A DNA stretch of 64,000 nt from a virus (Duplodnaviria; Heunggongvirae; Uroviricota; Caudoviricetes), in the IMG/VR virus record IMGVR_UViG_3300010213_000001, positions 32,001-96,000 of that record; one strand, 5' to 3'. Positions 1 through 10,416 of the stretch are shown here, in pieces. Made by a program: the position numbers and the translations under genes. Under the pieces are notes generated by a model that was given only the letters and a program-made list of their open reading frames with translations, searched no databases and had not been told where the DNA came from. The first letter of the stretch is position 1. Every line of letters starts with the position of its first letter.

Positions 1-1
1 A

Positions 2-1840
2 CCACCAATTACTATTACTTCAATAGTTCCAACATACAGAACATTAGATATTTACTGGGAGCACAATGCAACTGGTATATTATATTTAATAGAGGTTCTA
101 AATTATAATACTCAAGAGACTATTACATCTACAATTACGTCTGATAAGAATATAACAATTGAAGGATTAAGCCCAGATACAGAATATACAATAGTAATAA
201 CAGCAAGTAATTGTAACTCTAGAGTTACAGTATCTCAAAATCAAGAAACACTTCCTGTATTTATAACTGTTAATTTAATAGATAATAGACAACTTACAAC
301 ATCTGTAATTTATAATTTATCCTTTATTGGTACAAGACAACTTGATGAAAATGAAATATTTTCTCTAGACTTCATATTATCAAATATAGATCAGCAGCCT
401 TTAGATGTATTCATACCTAATTCATATAGCTACTTCTCTAAATTAATCATTAGTGATATTAATGGATCAACTGCATTATATGTTAATAATCAAACTGATT
501 CTAACTTAACTAAATTAGATAATTATCTAGGGTTATTATCTCAAGGTAGATATAGAACTCAACCATTAATTAATACTACTATAGATGTATATATTGATGA
601 AATATCCTATCTTTTAGATAATCCGACTTGTGATTCAAACAGTACACTTACTTATAATACTTTAGAAATTTCTAACAGTGGCATTGATATTACAATACCA
701 TTGCCGAGCACATTAACTTCCATACAGAATCAAGTCAATACAATGAGTAGTGAGTTATTTATCTCTGGTAATGTAGCACAAACAGTATTAGATTCATATC
801 AAGAATTAAATTCCTCCGTCTGTTGTAAGGATCCAGCATTAGTTCCAAGTAACATTAGTATTTCTAATATTACTGATAGTGCGTTTACTATTAATCTAAC
901 GTCAAATCCTGTAGCTACTACAACAATATTGATAGAAGATGCTGGAGGCACTGTATTTGAAGGACCTATAGGCTCTGGAACTACAAGCTATACAGTCAAT
1001 CATCAAGTAGGAATCTCCTACTCTACAGAATATACCGTAACAGTAACAGTTACCAATTGTACTGGAACACTTAGTGAGAGTACTAACGTAACCACTAACA
1101 GTGTAATTAATACAGCTCAATTGTTTGTTAGAGGAGGTTCTGGAGCCGTCTACAACACAAGAACAAGTAGTTTAGATACTTCATACTTATCAACATTGCC
1201 GACTATAGATAGCTGGACATCTAGTGTAAATGTATCATGTTTGGAGAACTATCCTCCTTATACAGCAATAGATAAGATATATAATGCTGATAAACTTAAC
1301 ACTAATGGATTTGCTTTAGAAGCACCTAACACTGGTATTGGATATAATAATCTAACTACTCCATTCCAGGCTAATATTGGTACTGGTACCTTTGCTTGTT
1401 GTACACCAAACCTTACACCATGGAGTATAAGCAATACTCCTACTGAAATATCAGCTACGTTAGATAATAGTTCTACTGTTAGCCAGTATATCTACAGTGG
1501 TAAGTTCTTAGGTATAAGACCTATACCACAACCTAATTTATTGAGATTAGAAGTTATAATCTCGACTAATAATAGTGGTGGACATACTATAGCAAGTGAT
1601 ATGGAATTGTATTTGCTTATTGATGGTAATCCAGTTATAAATGGAGTACAGTTTAACTTAGCTCCAGGATACTATGTCTCTGGTCCGTTCCACACTGTAC
1701 CGTATGACTACTCTCCAGCTACTTTAGTTAGTGAAGGGGAGATTGAAGCGTATGTATTAATAAGAAGTAATGCTTTACAACCATTTAATCCAGCTAATAA
1801 GTCAGGAATTAAGATTTGGTATCAAATAATAAAGAACTAA
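2..1840 (+). CDS. FN3/Ig-like repeat virion surface protein (head decoration or fibre), 5'-truncated by the window
   Basis: The frame of the listed ORF 701..1840 is open back to position 2 (PPITITSIVPTYRTLDIYWEH...IEGLSPDTEYTIVITASNC), an FN3 'L-x-P-x-T-x-Y' signature. A second FN3-like unit follows VCCKD. The TTG start at 701 is therefore internal. Confidence 0.7.
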   Translation, partial: PPITITSIVPTYRTLDIYWEHNATGILYLIEVLNYNTQETITSTITSDKNITIEGLSPDTEYTIVITASNCNSRVTVSQNQETLPVFITVNLIDNRQLTTSVIYNLSFIGTRQLDENEIFSLDFILSNIDQQPLDVFIPNSYSYFSKLIISDINGSTALYVNNQTDSNLTKLDNYLGLLSQGRYRTQPLINTTIDVYIDEISYLLDNPTCDSNSTLTYNTLEISNSGIDITIPLPSTLTSIQNQVNTMSSELFISGNVAQTVLDSYQELNSSVCCKDPALVPSNISISNITDSAFTINLTSNPVATTTILIEDAGGTVFEGPIGSGTTSYTVNHQVGISYSTEYTVTVTVTNCTGTLSESTNVTTNSVINTAQLFVRGGSGAVYNTRTSSLDTSYLSTLPTIDSWTSSVNVSCLENYPPYTAIDKIYNADKLNTNGFALEAPNTGIGYNNLTTPFQANIGTGTFACCTPNLTPWSISNTPTEISATLDNSSTVSQYIYSGKFLGIRPIPQPNLLRLEVIISTNNSGGHTIASDMELYLLIDGNPVINGVQFNLAPGYYVSGPFHTVPYDYSPATLVSEGEIEAYVLIRSNALQPFNPANKSGIKIWYQIIKN

Positions 1841-1841
1841 T

Positions 1842-2960
1842 ATGATACAATATAAGAAGTTAATCATAAAGAGAGATAACCAGATTATTGGTTATCTCTA
1901 CTTTCAACAAGGCGCGACGCCAACTATACAAGATATAAGAACATATCTACATAATTATAACCTATCTAGCTATTTCTCAGATCAACAGCTTCAAGATATT
2001 ATAGATTCTCAGTATATAGATATTGATGGAGATCTATGTTGTACTGATCTGCCTCCTTTGGCTCCAGTCATAGAATATACTGTAGAAGATAACAATACTA
2101 TATACTTCAGTATTAATAATTATATAATTAGTCAAGACTATATTATAAATATTTATAATATGGAAGCTCCTAATGTGTTATTAGATTCAATAGAGTATAC
2201 AGAACCAATAGGTATAGATCTAGATGCAGGAATGTATAAGTTTGTTATAATTACAAGTACATGTGCTGGAACAGTTACTAGAGAATTTAACATAGAATTT
2301 GGTAATATTAGTATAGTTATAAATATTTTTGGGAACTTACAATCATCAAACATACAAAGTCCAGACACAACTATAACTATTCCGACTTTTGTTGGGGATA
2401 GTGTTGATATTAATGCTAATGTAATTGATCAGATAAATAACTTATGGAGAATTAACTCTATTACAGCCAATGGAATGGAAACAATTAATAATGAAGTGTT
2501 TGATATTGCCAAAGTTTTTACAAATGGAGTTATTACTGAAGTAAATTTTACAGCAAGCAATATACAGCAAAGTTTGACAATAAATATATTAAGTACATAT
2601 AATACTGTTGAATGGTGTGATCAAGAAGAGTGCTTTGAGTGTGTCTTTGATCAGTTTCCTTGTGTACCTGTAACTAATGCTTGGACTGATGAACCTAACC
2701 CAACTGGAATTGTTAGAAATAGTGGAAACTTGGATGCTATATTTCCAGCAAATACATATACTATAGTATGGCAAACTCCAGTGGCAGCTACAATATTAAT
2801 CGTCGACAATATAAGTGGTTTTGTATACAATACTACTAATGTAAATCCTGGAAGTGGATCTTATACTGTAGTTAAGCCCAATGGTGCTGCAGGTGTAAGA
2901 TACATACCTGTTAGTAGTAGCGTTACGGGATTTGATTTAAGAATTGAAACTACTTGCTAA
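1842..2960 (+). CDS. Putative virion surface protein with CC-FN3/Ig-like module
   Basis: 372-aa beta-rich (I/N/T/V) ORF. It shares the 'Q-x-I-x-x-S...CC...T-C-A-G-T' module with both neighbours. Confidence 0.6.
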   Translation: MIQYKKLIIKRDNQIIGYLYFQQGATPTIQDIRTYLHNYNLSSYFSDQQLQDIIDSQYIDIDGDLCCTDLPPLAPVIEYTVEDNNTIYFSINNYIISQDYIINIYNMEAPNVLLDSIEYTEPIGIDLDAGMYKFVIITSTCAGTVTREFNIEFGNISIVINIFGNLQSSNIQSPDTTITIPTFVGDSVDINANVIDQINNLWRINSITANGMETINNEVFDIAKVFTNGVITEVNFTASNIQQSLTINILSTYNTVEWCDQEECFECVFDQFPCVPVTNAWTDEPNPTGIVRNSGNLDAIFPANTYTIVWQTPVAATILIVDNISGFVYNTTNVNPGSGSYTVVKPNGAAGVRYIPVSSSVTGFDLRIETTC

Positions 2961-2971
2961 AATAAATAACT

Positions 2972-3757
2972 ATGACACAAATAAAAAGAAACATATTAAA
3001 TATTATTAATAATGGATCAGTTGTTCAAAGCATATCTATAACAGACTCAACTACAGCACAGGAAATTGCTACTGCTGCACTAATAACTATAACGGAGGCA
3101 CAGAATATACTTAATAGTAGAATTATTGATGATTTAAATAATTATTGTTGTGATGGAATATTGCCAACAATAATGCAACCTCAATACGCGTTTAATACAG
3201 ACACTCATATACTATCAATAACTCCAGTTGTTAATAACTCAGATGGCAACAATAGTATTACTATCTATAATGAAAATTCAACATTAATTGATACTTTCTC
3301 TGGATTAGGTCCATTTGATCTAACAGACCCTATTCAATTTAATACAAACTTCCCACATACTAGAGTTATAGATATTAATATTGCTGCAACAAATTGTGCT
3401 GGTACAATAGACAATGATTATAGTTTATCTATATTACCTGATTTTGTATTTGGTAATGCGGGAAATCCCACAAGGGGAGGATTAAATAAATTTAGTAATC
3501 TAGTACCAGACTCTAATTTTTCTACTAACTTCCCCGCTGGAGATACTGTAGAGCTTAGATATTTTATAAATAATATAGAAGTTTTAGATACTAGAACAGT
3601 ATTCCAATCTATAAATAATATTATTAATTTTACACAACCAATAAGTTATACTAATAGCGTAGTCTCTTTATACCCAACTAAATTACAGCTAAAAAACCTA
3701 GCAAATAACTTTATATTTGAGTTTGGTAATGATTTATCTTATATATTCACTATATAA
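2972..3757 (+). CDS. Putative virion surface protein with CC-FN3/Ig-like module
   Basis: 261-aa ORF with the same NYCC...ATNCAGT module as the two upstream genes. Confidence 0.6.
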   Translation: MTQIKRNILNIINNGSVVQSISITDSTTAQEIATAALITITEAQNILNSRIIDDLNNYCCDGILPTIMQPQYAFNTDTHILSITPVVNNSDGNNSITIYNENSTLIDTFSGLGPFDLTDPIQFNTNFPHTRVIDINIAATNCAGTIDNDYSLSILPDFVFGNAGNPTRGGLNKFSNLVPDSNFSTNFPAGDTVELRYFINNIEVLDTRTVFQSINNIINFTQPISYTNSVVSLYPTKLQLKNLANNFIFEFGNDLSYIFTI

Positions 3758-3763
3758 TAGCAT

Positions 3764-3787
3764 TTTATAATGTAATTACATTATAAA
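3764..3787. repeat. Perfect 24-bp palindrome TTTATAATGTAA|TTACATTATAAA in the intergenic region
   Basis: Read directly. It lies between the surface-protein genes and the scaffold/capsid genes. Confidence 0.7.
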
Positions 3788-3868
3788 GCATATAATATCA
3801 AAATACAATGTTTTATTACATTAATAATCAAAATTAATGAAAATACAAATTAATATATAAATTAATAT

Positions 3869-5050
3869 ATGGGTACAAATGATAATGGTTTCGTTGATAT
3901 CAACGATTTAGGACTTGGAGACTTTGATGAGATATTAGCTATTTCTCAAGGAGCAGAACCAGAGCCCACCAAACCAGGTAAACAAACCTCACAAAAATCT
4001 ACTCAGAAAGATACAAGTAACACTGAGTTAAACCTAGAAGATTATTTTAAGTCAGATTCAGAATGGGCAGAAGAGCTAGGTAAAGTAGAAGAGGCTTCTA
4101 CAAAAGAAGATGACTTTGAAGATCTATTTAATTTTGTTGAAGATACTGATACTGAATCAGATGATACAGATTTAGATAATGAACTGGAACCTATTAAAGA
4201 TGATAAAGAAAGTGACAAGACAGAAAAGATTGTAGAATTAAATCTAGATGAAAAAGTAGTTAAAGAATTGTCTGATCCTGAGTCTATTTTATCTAAAGTT
4301 GTAAATAAACTTAAAGAAACTGATTATGTTGGTCTAACTGATTTCTTAATAAAAGAAGGATATGTTAGAGCAGAGATCGAGGGAACAGATTTTGTTTCTT
4401 CTGTAGATTATTTTACAGATGATCAGTTGCTAAATCACGATATCAGAAATAGATGTACAGGTTGCAGTGAAGAGCATATTAATGATATGTATTTAAAGAT
4501 CCGCCAATCTCAAGCATCAGATGCTTACATTAAAGATTTAAGAAAGTCATATGTTAATATGGATAAACTTAAATATCAGCAAGAACAGAAACTGCAAAAT
4601 GAAGAGAGAATAAAAGCTATAGAAAAAGAAAATAACGAAGCGATAAGCAAAGTTAAAGCTTTAAATGCTATTGGGGACTTTGTAAATAAAGAAGATATTG
4701 TTAATAAATTTATTCCATTCTTAAAAAAAGATGATACTGGAACATCAAAGTTTATTCAGGAGATATCTTCAGATCCAGTAAAGCAATATAAAGCTATGGT
4801 ATATCTTCAATTAGAAGATAAAATGAGAGATCATTATAAACAAGAATTAGAAAGATCTTTCAAATTAGGAGTAGAAAGTGTTATTGGATCTGGTAAGAAA
4901 GTAGAGAATAAAGTTACTAGCTCTCCTAAAACATCAAAGAAGAGATCTGTATCAGAACCTAAGTTAGCTGGAGATACTATTGATTTTGATAGTATTACAG
5001 AAGACGAATTGATGGATATCAGTGAACTAACAAAAATTAACGGATTATAA
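3869..5050 (+). CDS. Acidic putative capsid scaffolding/assembly protein
   Basis: 393 aa with a very acidic low-complexity N-half and a helical/coiled-coil C-half. It sits immediately upstream of the major capsid gene, the usual position of this gene in crAss-like phages. Confidence 0.6.
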   Translation: MGTNDNGFVDINDLGLGDFDEILAISQGAEPEPTKPGKQTSQKSTQKDTSNTELNLEDYFKSDSEWAEELGKVEEASTKEDDFEDLFNFVEDTDTESDDTDLDNELEPIKDDKESDKTEKIVELNLDEKVVKELSDPESILSKVVNKLKETDYVGLTDFLIKEGYVRAEIEGTDFVSSVDYFTDDQLLNHDIRNRCTGCSEEHINDMYLKIRQSQASDAYIKDLRKSYVNMDKLKYQQEQKLQNEERIKAIEKENNEAISKVKALNAIGDFVNKEDIVNKFIPFLKKDDTGTSKFIQEISSDPVKQYKAMVYLQLEDKMRDHYKQELERSFKLGVESVIGSGKKVENKVTSSPKTSKKRSVSEPKLAGDTIDFDSITEDELMDISELTKINGL

Positions 5051-5058
5051 AATATATG

Positions 5059-5108
5059 ATATAATATGCATTAAATATTAAATTATTTCTTGCATATTAT
5101 ATTTTTTT
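5059..5108 (+). promoter_or_regulatory. 12-bp inverted repeat (ATATAATATGCA / TGCATATTATAT) with T-run upstream of the capsid gene; overlaps TGATATAAT
   Basis: Arms at 5059-5070 and 5091-5102, followed by a T tract. It could be a weak terminator or a promoter-associated element. Confidence 0.35.
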
Positions 5109-5160
5109 ATATTTTTATAAATAAAACAAACTTTAAAAGAATTTAATTTATTAACAATAT

Positions 5161-6549
5161 ATGAGAGTTGTTCAATTATCATCCTTTCCAGAAGCAATGA
5201 ATCAAGGTACCCACACGTTGGAACACTTTGAAACTCTTATTGGTAGAGGTGTAAATGTTATGCCAGACGTAGTTCAATTACGTCCAGACTATTCAATGAA
5301 TTATCTTACTGATGGTATCGGTAGAACATTCATGGAAGGTCAAAAAAGTAAAAGTGAGAAATCTCAGTATATGATTGTTGAGTGGACACTTAACCAAAAA
5401 AATATACCTAAAGTAAAAATTGTAGCTGACTGCACAGAAACTGGAGTTGGTAAAACACCTGTAGCTATTGATGTTGATCGTCCTTACTACTTCCAAGGTG
5501 ATACATTCGTTCTAGAAAACCAACAACAATTGCGTGTAACTCTACCAGTTCAGAAGATTTCTGCTAATAGATGGAGATATATATGTACTCTAGAAGGTAA
5601 TGACTTAAGTAGAGGTATCAATACAAGATTCACCACTGCAGGTAAAATTACCATGTACCGTACTAACTATCATGGTGAGCTTTCTAAGCATGGAGCATTC
5701 AAGAAGATGAATACGACTGAAGTTCACAGAGCTTATCTTTCTAGACAACGTCAATCTCTTCAAGTTTCAGGAGACTTTGCTTCAATGCTAGCAGTTCTTA
5801 AGAGAGGTAACAAGTCAGCATACTTCAAAATTGGTGAACCAACTAGAGATCTTATGGAGTTGTTGATGCACTCTAGAAACAACTCAATGTTGTTTGGAGA
5901 ATCTAACCACGATGAGCATGGAAGATGTTTGAACATCAATGAAGATGGAATGGCTGAACCATCAGGAGATGGACTTCTTAAACAAATTGAAAGATACTGT
6001 GATAAGCTTAATTATGCAGTTCTTGATACATCATTATTTGATGAAGCTATAGAAAGTGTTATCTTAAAGACAGGTAAGCCTAGAGGAAATCAGATCACTG
6101 TTCTAGGTAACAGAAAAGGTCTAAAAGATGTTCACGCTGCTTTAGAGAGAGCTCTATTACAAAAATCTCCTCTTGGAGCTTGGTATTACCACCTAAATGG
6201 TAGTGATAAAGTTAAAGTTGGTAAAGAGTATGATATGTATCAGTATCAAGGTAATACTATTACATTTGTAGAAGATCACAACTTGAGTGAGAGTATCTAT
6301 AACAGAGGATATCTAATCTTTGTTGATACATCAATCAATGGTGACAAGCCTAACGTAGTTAACTATACATTAGAAGGAAGAAATCTTATCCAAGGTAAGC
6401 TTTTAGGTATGGGTGGACTAGATGGTAGAACTTCTGGTAATATTGCTACTGCTTTAGATGGAACTGAAATCCACCTAATGAGTTACTCAGGTCTAGCTGT
6501 ATTAAATCCATACGCTGGATTTATCATGCAAGAAAACTTATACGAATAA
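5161..6549 (+). CDS. Major capsid protein (crAss-like, HK97 fold)
   Basis: 462 aa. Sequence features resemble crAss-like MCPs (YLTDG, VEW, F-x-LENQQQL, GDGLLKQIE, GGLDG, YSGLAVLNPY). Codon use looks like a highly expressed gene (CGT, TTC, AAC, TAC enriched). A strong terminator follows. Confidence 0.85.
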   Translation: MRVVQLSSFPEAMNQGTHTLEHFETLIGRGVNVMPDVVQLRPDYSMNYLTDGIGRTFMEGQKSKSEKSQYMIVEWTLNQKNIPKVKIVADCTETGVGKTPVAIDVDRPYYFQGDTFVLENQQQLRVTLPVQKISANRWRYICTLEGNDLSRGINTRFTTAGKITMYRTNYHGELSKHGAFKKMNTTEVHRAYLSRQRQSLQVSGDFASMLAVLKRGNKSAYFKIGEPTRDLMELLMHSRNNSMLFGESNHDEHGRCLNINEDGMAEPSGDGLLKQIERYCDKLNYAVLDTSLFDEAIESVILKTGKPRGNQITVLGNRKGLKDVHAALERALLQKSPLGAWYYHLNGSDKVKVGKEYDMYQYQGNTITFVEDHNLSESIYNRGYLIFVDTSINGDKPNVVNYTLEGRNLIQGKLLGMGGLDGRTSGNIATALDGTEIHLMSYSGLAVLNPYAGFIMQENLYE

Positions 6550-6578
6550 GAAGTATAGTATTTTCGTTAATTAAGATT

Positions 6579-6607
6579 TAAGACCTAGAAATAGGTCTTA
6601 TTTTTTT
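6579..6607 (+). terminator. Rho-independent terminator after the MCP gene
   Basis: TAAGACCTA-GAAA-TAGGTCTTA (9-bp stem, GNRA loop) followed by T7. Confidence 0.85.
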
Positions 6608-6699
6608 GAAAATATTTTAATTAAAATATTTTTTTATAAGTATTTTTTTATTTACTTTAATTACATTAATGAAAATAACTAAGAAATAACAAAATAAAT

Positions 6700-7488
6700 A
6701 TGTCACATAGTTTAATATCAAAGGTCGCAAGGACCCAAAATAAACAAATTATATTTAAGCCTGTTTATGGGCTAGGTAGATTGATCTTACAACCGCCTAT
6801 TGATGTAAGAACAAGAAGAATAATTGGAGCTTATATTCCAACTCCAGAAGAAGAAAGACACTTGGAATTCTATGTTAAACCTAATAGAGTTAGAATAATT
6901 GAACCTGGTACTACACTAGATCTTAACATTCCTGTAGATGCTATGGATTGGGGATGGATATCTAAGTCTAGAGGTATAGCTTTAACAAAAGAAGAAGCCT
7001 TAACACAGAGTGATGTTTACTTCTATGTCTATGATGAAGTAATGGAGCAGCAAAGAGAGATGGAATACCATCAAATTATGTTGAAGGCTCTTAACTACGT
7101 TAATGATTCTACAGATGGCAAATTAAAAGAAGTAGCCAGAATGTTAGATGGTAGATTAGACAGATTACCACCATATCAATTGAAGAAAGAGTTATTTGAT
7201 ATGGCTCAAGATGACAATGTTAATAATATATATAAATTAATAGGTGTTTTTGAAGATCCAGATGCTAAATTCAAGACTTTGATCCACAAGTTAGTAGATG
7301 AAGGTATTATAAGAAATACTAATGAAGTATATAGATTTGATAATATTATTGTTGGGACTAATTTTGATCAAGCAGTTGCTTTCTTACAATCTCCAGAGAA
7401 TAAGGATATAATCAAAGCTATGGATAAGAGATTATCTCCACATAGATATGATGAAGAAGGAAGACTAGATGTGACTTTTATTGACTAA
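6700..7488 (+). CDS. Conserved crAss-like protein encoded downstream of MCP
   Basis: 262 aa. Position and motifs (TTLDLN-x-P-x-D-x-x-x-W; C-terminal G-x-I...Y-x-F...G...A-x-x-FL-x-x-P-x-N) match the gene normally following MCP in crAss-like phages. Confidence 0.6.
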   Translation: MSHSLISKVARTQNKQIIFKPVYGLGRLILQPPIDVRTRRIIGAYIPTPEEERHLEFYVKPNRVRIIEPGTTLDLNIPVDAMDWGWISKSRGIALTKEEALTQSDVYFYVYDEVMEQQREMEYHQIMLKALNYVNDSTDGKLKEVARMLDGRLDRLPPYQLKKELFDMAQDDNVNNIYKLIGVFEDPDAKFKTLIHKLVDEGIIRNTNEVYRFDNIIVGTNFDQAVAFLQSPENKDIIKAMDKRLSPHRYDEEGRLDVTFID

Positions 7489-7525
7489 TCATATACACAT
7501 TTAAGATTATCTTATAGGTAGTAAC

Positions 7526-7558
7526 ATAGGAAGAAGGTTTCTCTTCCTATTTTTATTT
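7526..7558 (+). terminator. Rho-independent terminator
   Basis: ATAGGAAGA-(7 nt)-TCTTCCTAT followed by TTTTATTT. Confidence 0.75.
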
Positions 7559-7591
7559 CATTATATTTACAAATATTTAAACCAATAAATT

Positions 7592-8485
7592 ATGACAGCA
7601 AAACAGGTATTAGATTATTCTTTAATAGAACAGAATAAGATAGAGAGTCCTAGTCTTGAGATAATACAATATAACTATTTCTTTAATAAAGCTATAGATA
7701 ATGTATTAAAATTGAATTACGGATACTATGATATAAATCAACTTCAAACAGACAAATTATATACTTTAAAGAAAAGAGTTACTATATTAATTGATATGAA
7801 TAATTTAGAGGGAACTGTTGTTATGGATACAGGAAATCCTTTAAACTCTTATTCAACTACTACATTACCTATTACTTTAACAGAGAGAGGAATTAAATTC
7901 CTATTACCTGATGATTATTGGCATTTGCTCTCTGCTAAGGTAGTGATGCAGCCTAAAACTAACGGAAGTTCAGGATCTTGTAATACAGGACCAGGGAGTA
8001 GAATAGAAAGAGCTCTTAAAAGGGGTACGAGCGATCTATTGGTTGCTTCTCTTAACAATGCTTATAATAGACCAGCTATATTTGGAAGGAGTGGTCCTGG
8101 TATTGTATATTATGAAATAACAGATAATCCTCAACCTCCATCACATATCCCATTTAGTAACAGTGTACCTGGAGTAAATAATGGAGAAATAGAAGTTATT
8201 ACTGGGTTAAGACATAATAACTTAGATTTCTATTCTGTAGTCTTTGATTATATAAAGGTATATGATGTTATAAATTTGACAGAAGAGCAACTCTTTTTAG
8301 ATGTTGAACCAGGAGGTCCCGACGATATATCTCAAGTCATGGAATTTACTAATTCTGTATGTAGAGATATAATTACGGAGCTATCAAAACAACTAGCAGG
8401 TAATGCTAAAGAGGCTGACAAACTACAAATAGTATCAGCTTTAGGACCTCAAGACCTATCAGCTCCAAATCAAGGAGCTCAATAG
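7592..8485 (+). CDS. Tail ring / head-tail connector protein (crAss-like)
   Basis: The N-terminus MTAKQV...LIEQNK...PSL...NYFFNKAI and the LPDDYWHLL motif are typical of P22 gp4-like/crAss ring proteins. Synteny agrees. Confidence 0.65.
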   Translation: MTAKQVLDYSLIEQNKIESPSLEIIQYNYFFNKAIDNVLKLNYGYYDINQLQTDKLYTLKKRVTILIDMNNLEGTVVMDTGNPLNSYSTTTLPITLTERGIKFLLPDDYWHLLSAKVVMQPKTNGSSGSCNTGPGSRIERALKRGTSDLLVASLNNAYNRPAIFGRSGPGIVYYEITDNPQPPSHIPFSNSVPGVNNGEIEVITGLRHNNLDFYSVVFDYIKVYDVINLTEEQLFLDVEPGGPDDISQVMEFTNSVCRDIITELSKQLAGNAKEADKLQIVSALGPQDLSAPNQGAQ

Positions 8486-8592
8486 AAAAATAATAAATTT
8501 AAATAATTTACTTTGTTTATAACAAAATATTATATATTTATAAATATTATCTCAAAAGTAATAGAAAATAACAATAATACATAAATTTAATT

Positions 8593-9597
8593 ATGGCGCA
8601 AATTAAAAGAAGAAAAGCATTTCTAATTAATACACCAACTGACTTTCCAGCTCAGTTTTTAGATGCTTCTAATGCTGTAGTTTCTGCAGCTACTGCTACT
8701 AAGTTCCAACTATTGGGATTCAGCCCAGTAACTGAACTAACTACAATTCATGGTGTTATAGGTTCTAGAGGTTTGGAAGGTACTAGAAATGTATTACGTT
8801 TGAACAACACTAACGTAACTGTTACTGGTCCAATTCCTGCTAACACAATTGTTAATGTATTCATTGAAGCAATTACTACTGACTATGAAGCTGAATACAA
8901 CCGTTACATGGGTCATGATGGGGCTATAGCTACTTACCAAGTACTTTTGCAAACAGGAGATACTTACGATGTATTCTTAGCTAAATTGTATAATACAATT
9001 CGTCAAGACCTATATATGAACTATAAGCAACTTGTAAGAGTAGAAGATGAAGCTACAATCACAGGCGGTGGTAATGGTACATTCGTTAATGGATTGGCAA
9101 CAAGTATTACTCAATTAGACATTATTGCTACTGATATAACATTGAAATTGAACATTGATGTAACTGGCATTGACAGACTATTAACCTCTGCTTTTGTGCA
9201 AGTTGGTGCTCCAATTGTAGTAACTCCACAGTTCAACGGAACTAACAACTATCAAGTACTAAAAGGAGAATTCCCTCAGTGGAACCGTCTTCCTTACAGC
9301 TATGATTATACAATGACTCCGTACAGAGGAAACTTGTATACTTCATTTAGATGGTCTACATTAGTGAGTCATGAGCAACTTGGTGGTGGATTTGTAACTG
9401 ATCAAGTAGTTGAATCTACTCCAGTATACGATATCTATATCAACGAAACTTGTGATACTCTTATCAATGATTTAGTAGACTTCTTCGACAGAGCAACTAC
9501 TTTATCTACTGCTAACCCAGTTAAGTATAAAGCTCCTGTATGGTATGGACCAACTAACCCTCCTACAGCAGTAGCAGCTGCTGCATTTAAGATATAA
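8593..9597 (+). CDS. Abundant structural protein, probably auxiliary capsid (cement/decoration) protein
   Basis: 334 aa, beta-rich, with the same high-expression codon bias as the MCP. It is followed by a stable hairpin and lies among the ring genes. Confidence 0.5.
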   Translation: MAQIKRRKAFLINTPTDFPAQFLDASNAVVSAATATKFQLLGFSPVTELTTIHGVIGSRGLEGTRNVLRLNNTNVTVTGPIPANTIVNVFIEAITTDYEAEYNRYMGHDGAIATYQVLLQTGDTYDVFLAKLYNTIRQDLYMNYKQLVRVEDEATITGGGNGTFVNGLATSITQLDIIATDITLKLNIDVTGIDRLLTSAFVQVGAPIVVTPQFNGTNNYQVLKGEFPQWNRLPYSYDYTMTPYRGNLYTSFRWSTLVSHEQLGGGFVTDQVVESTPVYDIYINETCDTLINDLVDFFDRATTLSTANPVKYKAPVWYGPTNPPTAVAAAAFKI

Positions 9598-9654
9598 TTT
9601 TAACAATATAATTTATTGTACTGCAATTAGTTATAATTGTATAACACACATGAA

Positions 9655-9676
9655 GGCTTTGAGGAAACTCAAAGCC
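9655..9676 (+). other. GC-rich hairpin GGCTTTGAG-GAAA-CTCAAAGCC (mRNA stabiliser or atypical terminator)
   Basis: Perfect 9-bp stem with GNRA loop and no immediate U-tract. Confidence 0.65.
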
Positions 9677-9727
9677 AAATTAGTTTTAAGACAATTGTAT
9701 TAATTTATATATTTGTTAATAAAAAAT

Positions 9728-10405
9728 ATGAATAGTTTATATATAATAGCTTCAGCTATACAAAATCATATAAGTGCAGGTCTTAAGGGCACAAATAATG
9801 AACCATACTCAGTTGAACAAATAATAGATGAGATACTAGTATCTAGAGCTGCAATAATTAAAGCAGAAGAAGATAATAGTAGATTAGATTCAAGAGATTT
9901 AGTACAATCTATATCATGTATAGAATTAGATTGTGAGAATATATCATTGTGTTGTAATGTTGAAACTTATAACATGGATAGATTTAAGCATTTTAAGATG
10001 CCTAAACCAGCAGCTTATGTTTCTGAACCTATAAAATACATTGGTTTAGTTGATAGGTCAATGAGCTTTAATATAGTTAAAGGGTCCACATGGGATACAG
10101 TAGATTATAGTAAGTTTAATAAATATATTAAGCCAAAACCTAAAGTTTGGATACATCCTAATAGAGAAGATGGATTTATTATAGATCCTCCAACTGAAGA
10201 TCTAAAATACATAACTATAGACTTTATACCAGAAAATCCTACTGATCTGTATCAATATGCATGTTGCCCCATTAATAATTTTGAAGACGATGCTAAAACT
10301 ATCCCAAATTGGATGGTAGATACAATAATGAACAATGTTATTAGTAGATTTACTAAGACAATGTATTGGACAAGTGCTAAGAGAAATGATGGTACTGGAC
10401 ACTAA
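9728..10405 (+). CDS. Tail ring protein (crAss-like)
   Basis: The ATG at 9728 with an A-rich leader is preferred over TTG 9713. Motifs ASAI-x-N, S-x-EQ-x-x-DE, C-x-x-x-DC...CC and YIG-x-x-D are typical of crAss-like ring proteins. Confidence 0.6.
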   Translation: MNSLYIIASAIQNHISAGLKGTNNEPYSVEQIIDEILVSRAAIIKAEEDNSRLDSRDLVQSISCIELDCENISLCCNVETYNMDRFKHFKMPKPAAYVSEPIKYIGLVDRSMSFNIVKGSTWDTVDYSKFNKYIKPKPKVWIHPNREDGFIIDPPTEDLKYITIDFIPENPTDLYQYACCPINNFEDDAKTIPNWMVDTIMNNVISRFTKTMYWTSAKRNDGTGH

Positions 10406-10416
10406 ACTAAAATAAT

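Noticed and set aside
701-703. TTG start of the first listed ORF
   Set aside because: The frame is open to the window start and encodes a further FN3 domain, so the true start lies upstream of the window.
4454-4466. CTGC (CxxC) in the scaffold-like protein
   Set aside because: It is a single isolated motif with no partner Cys pair or thioredoxin-like context.
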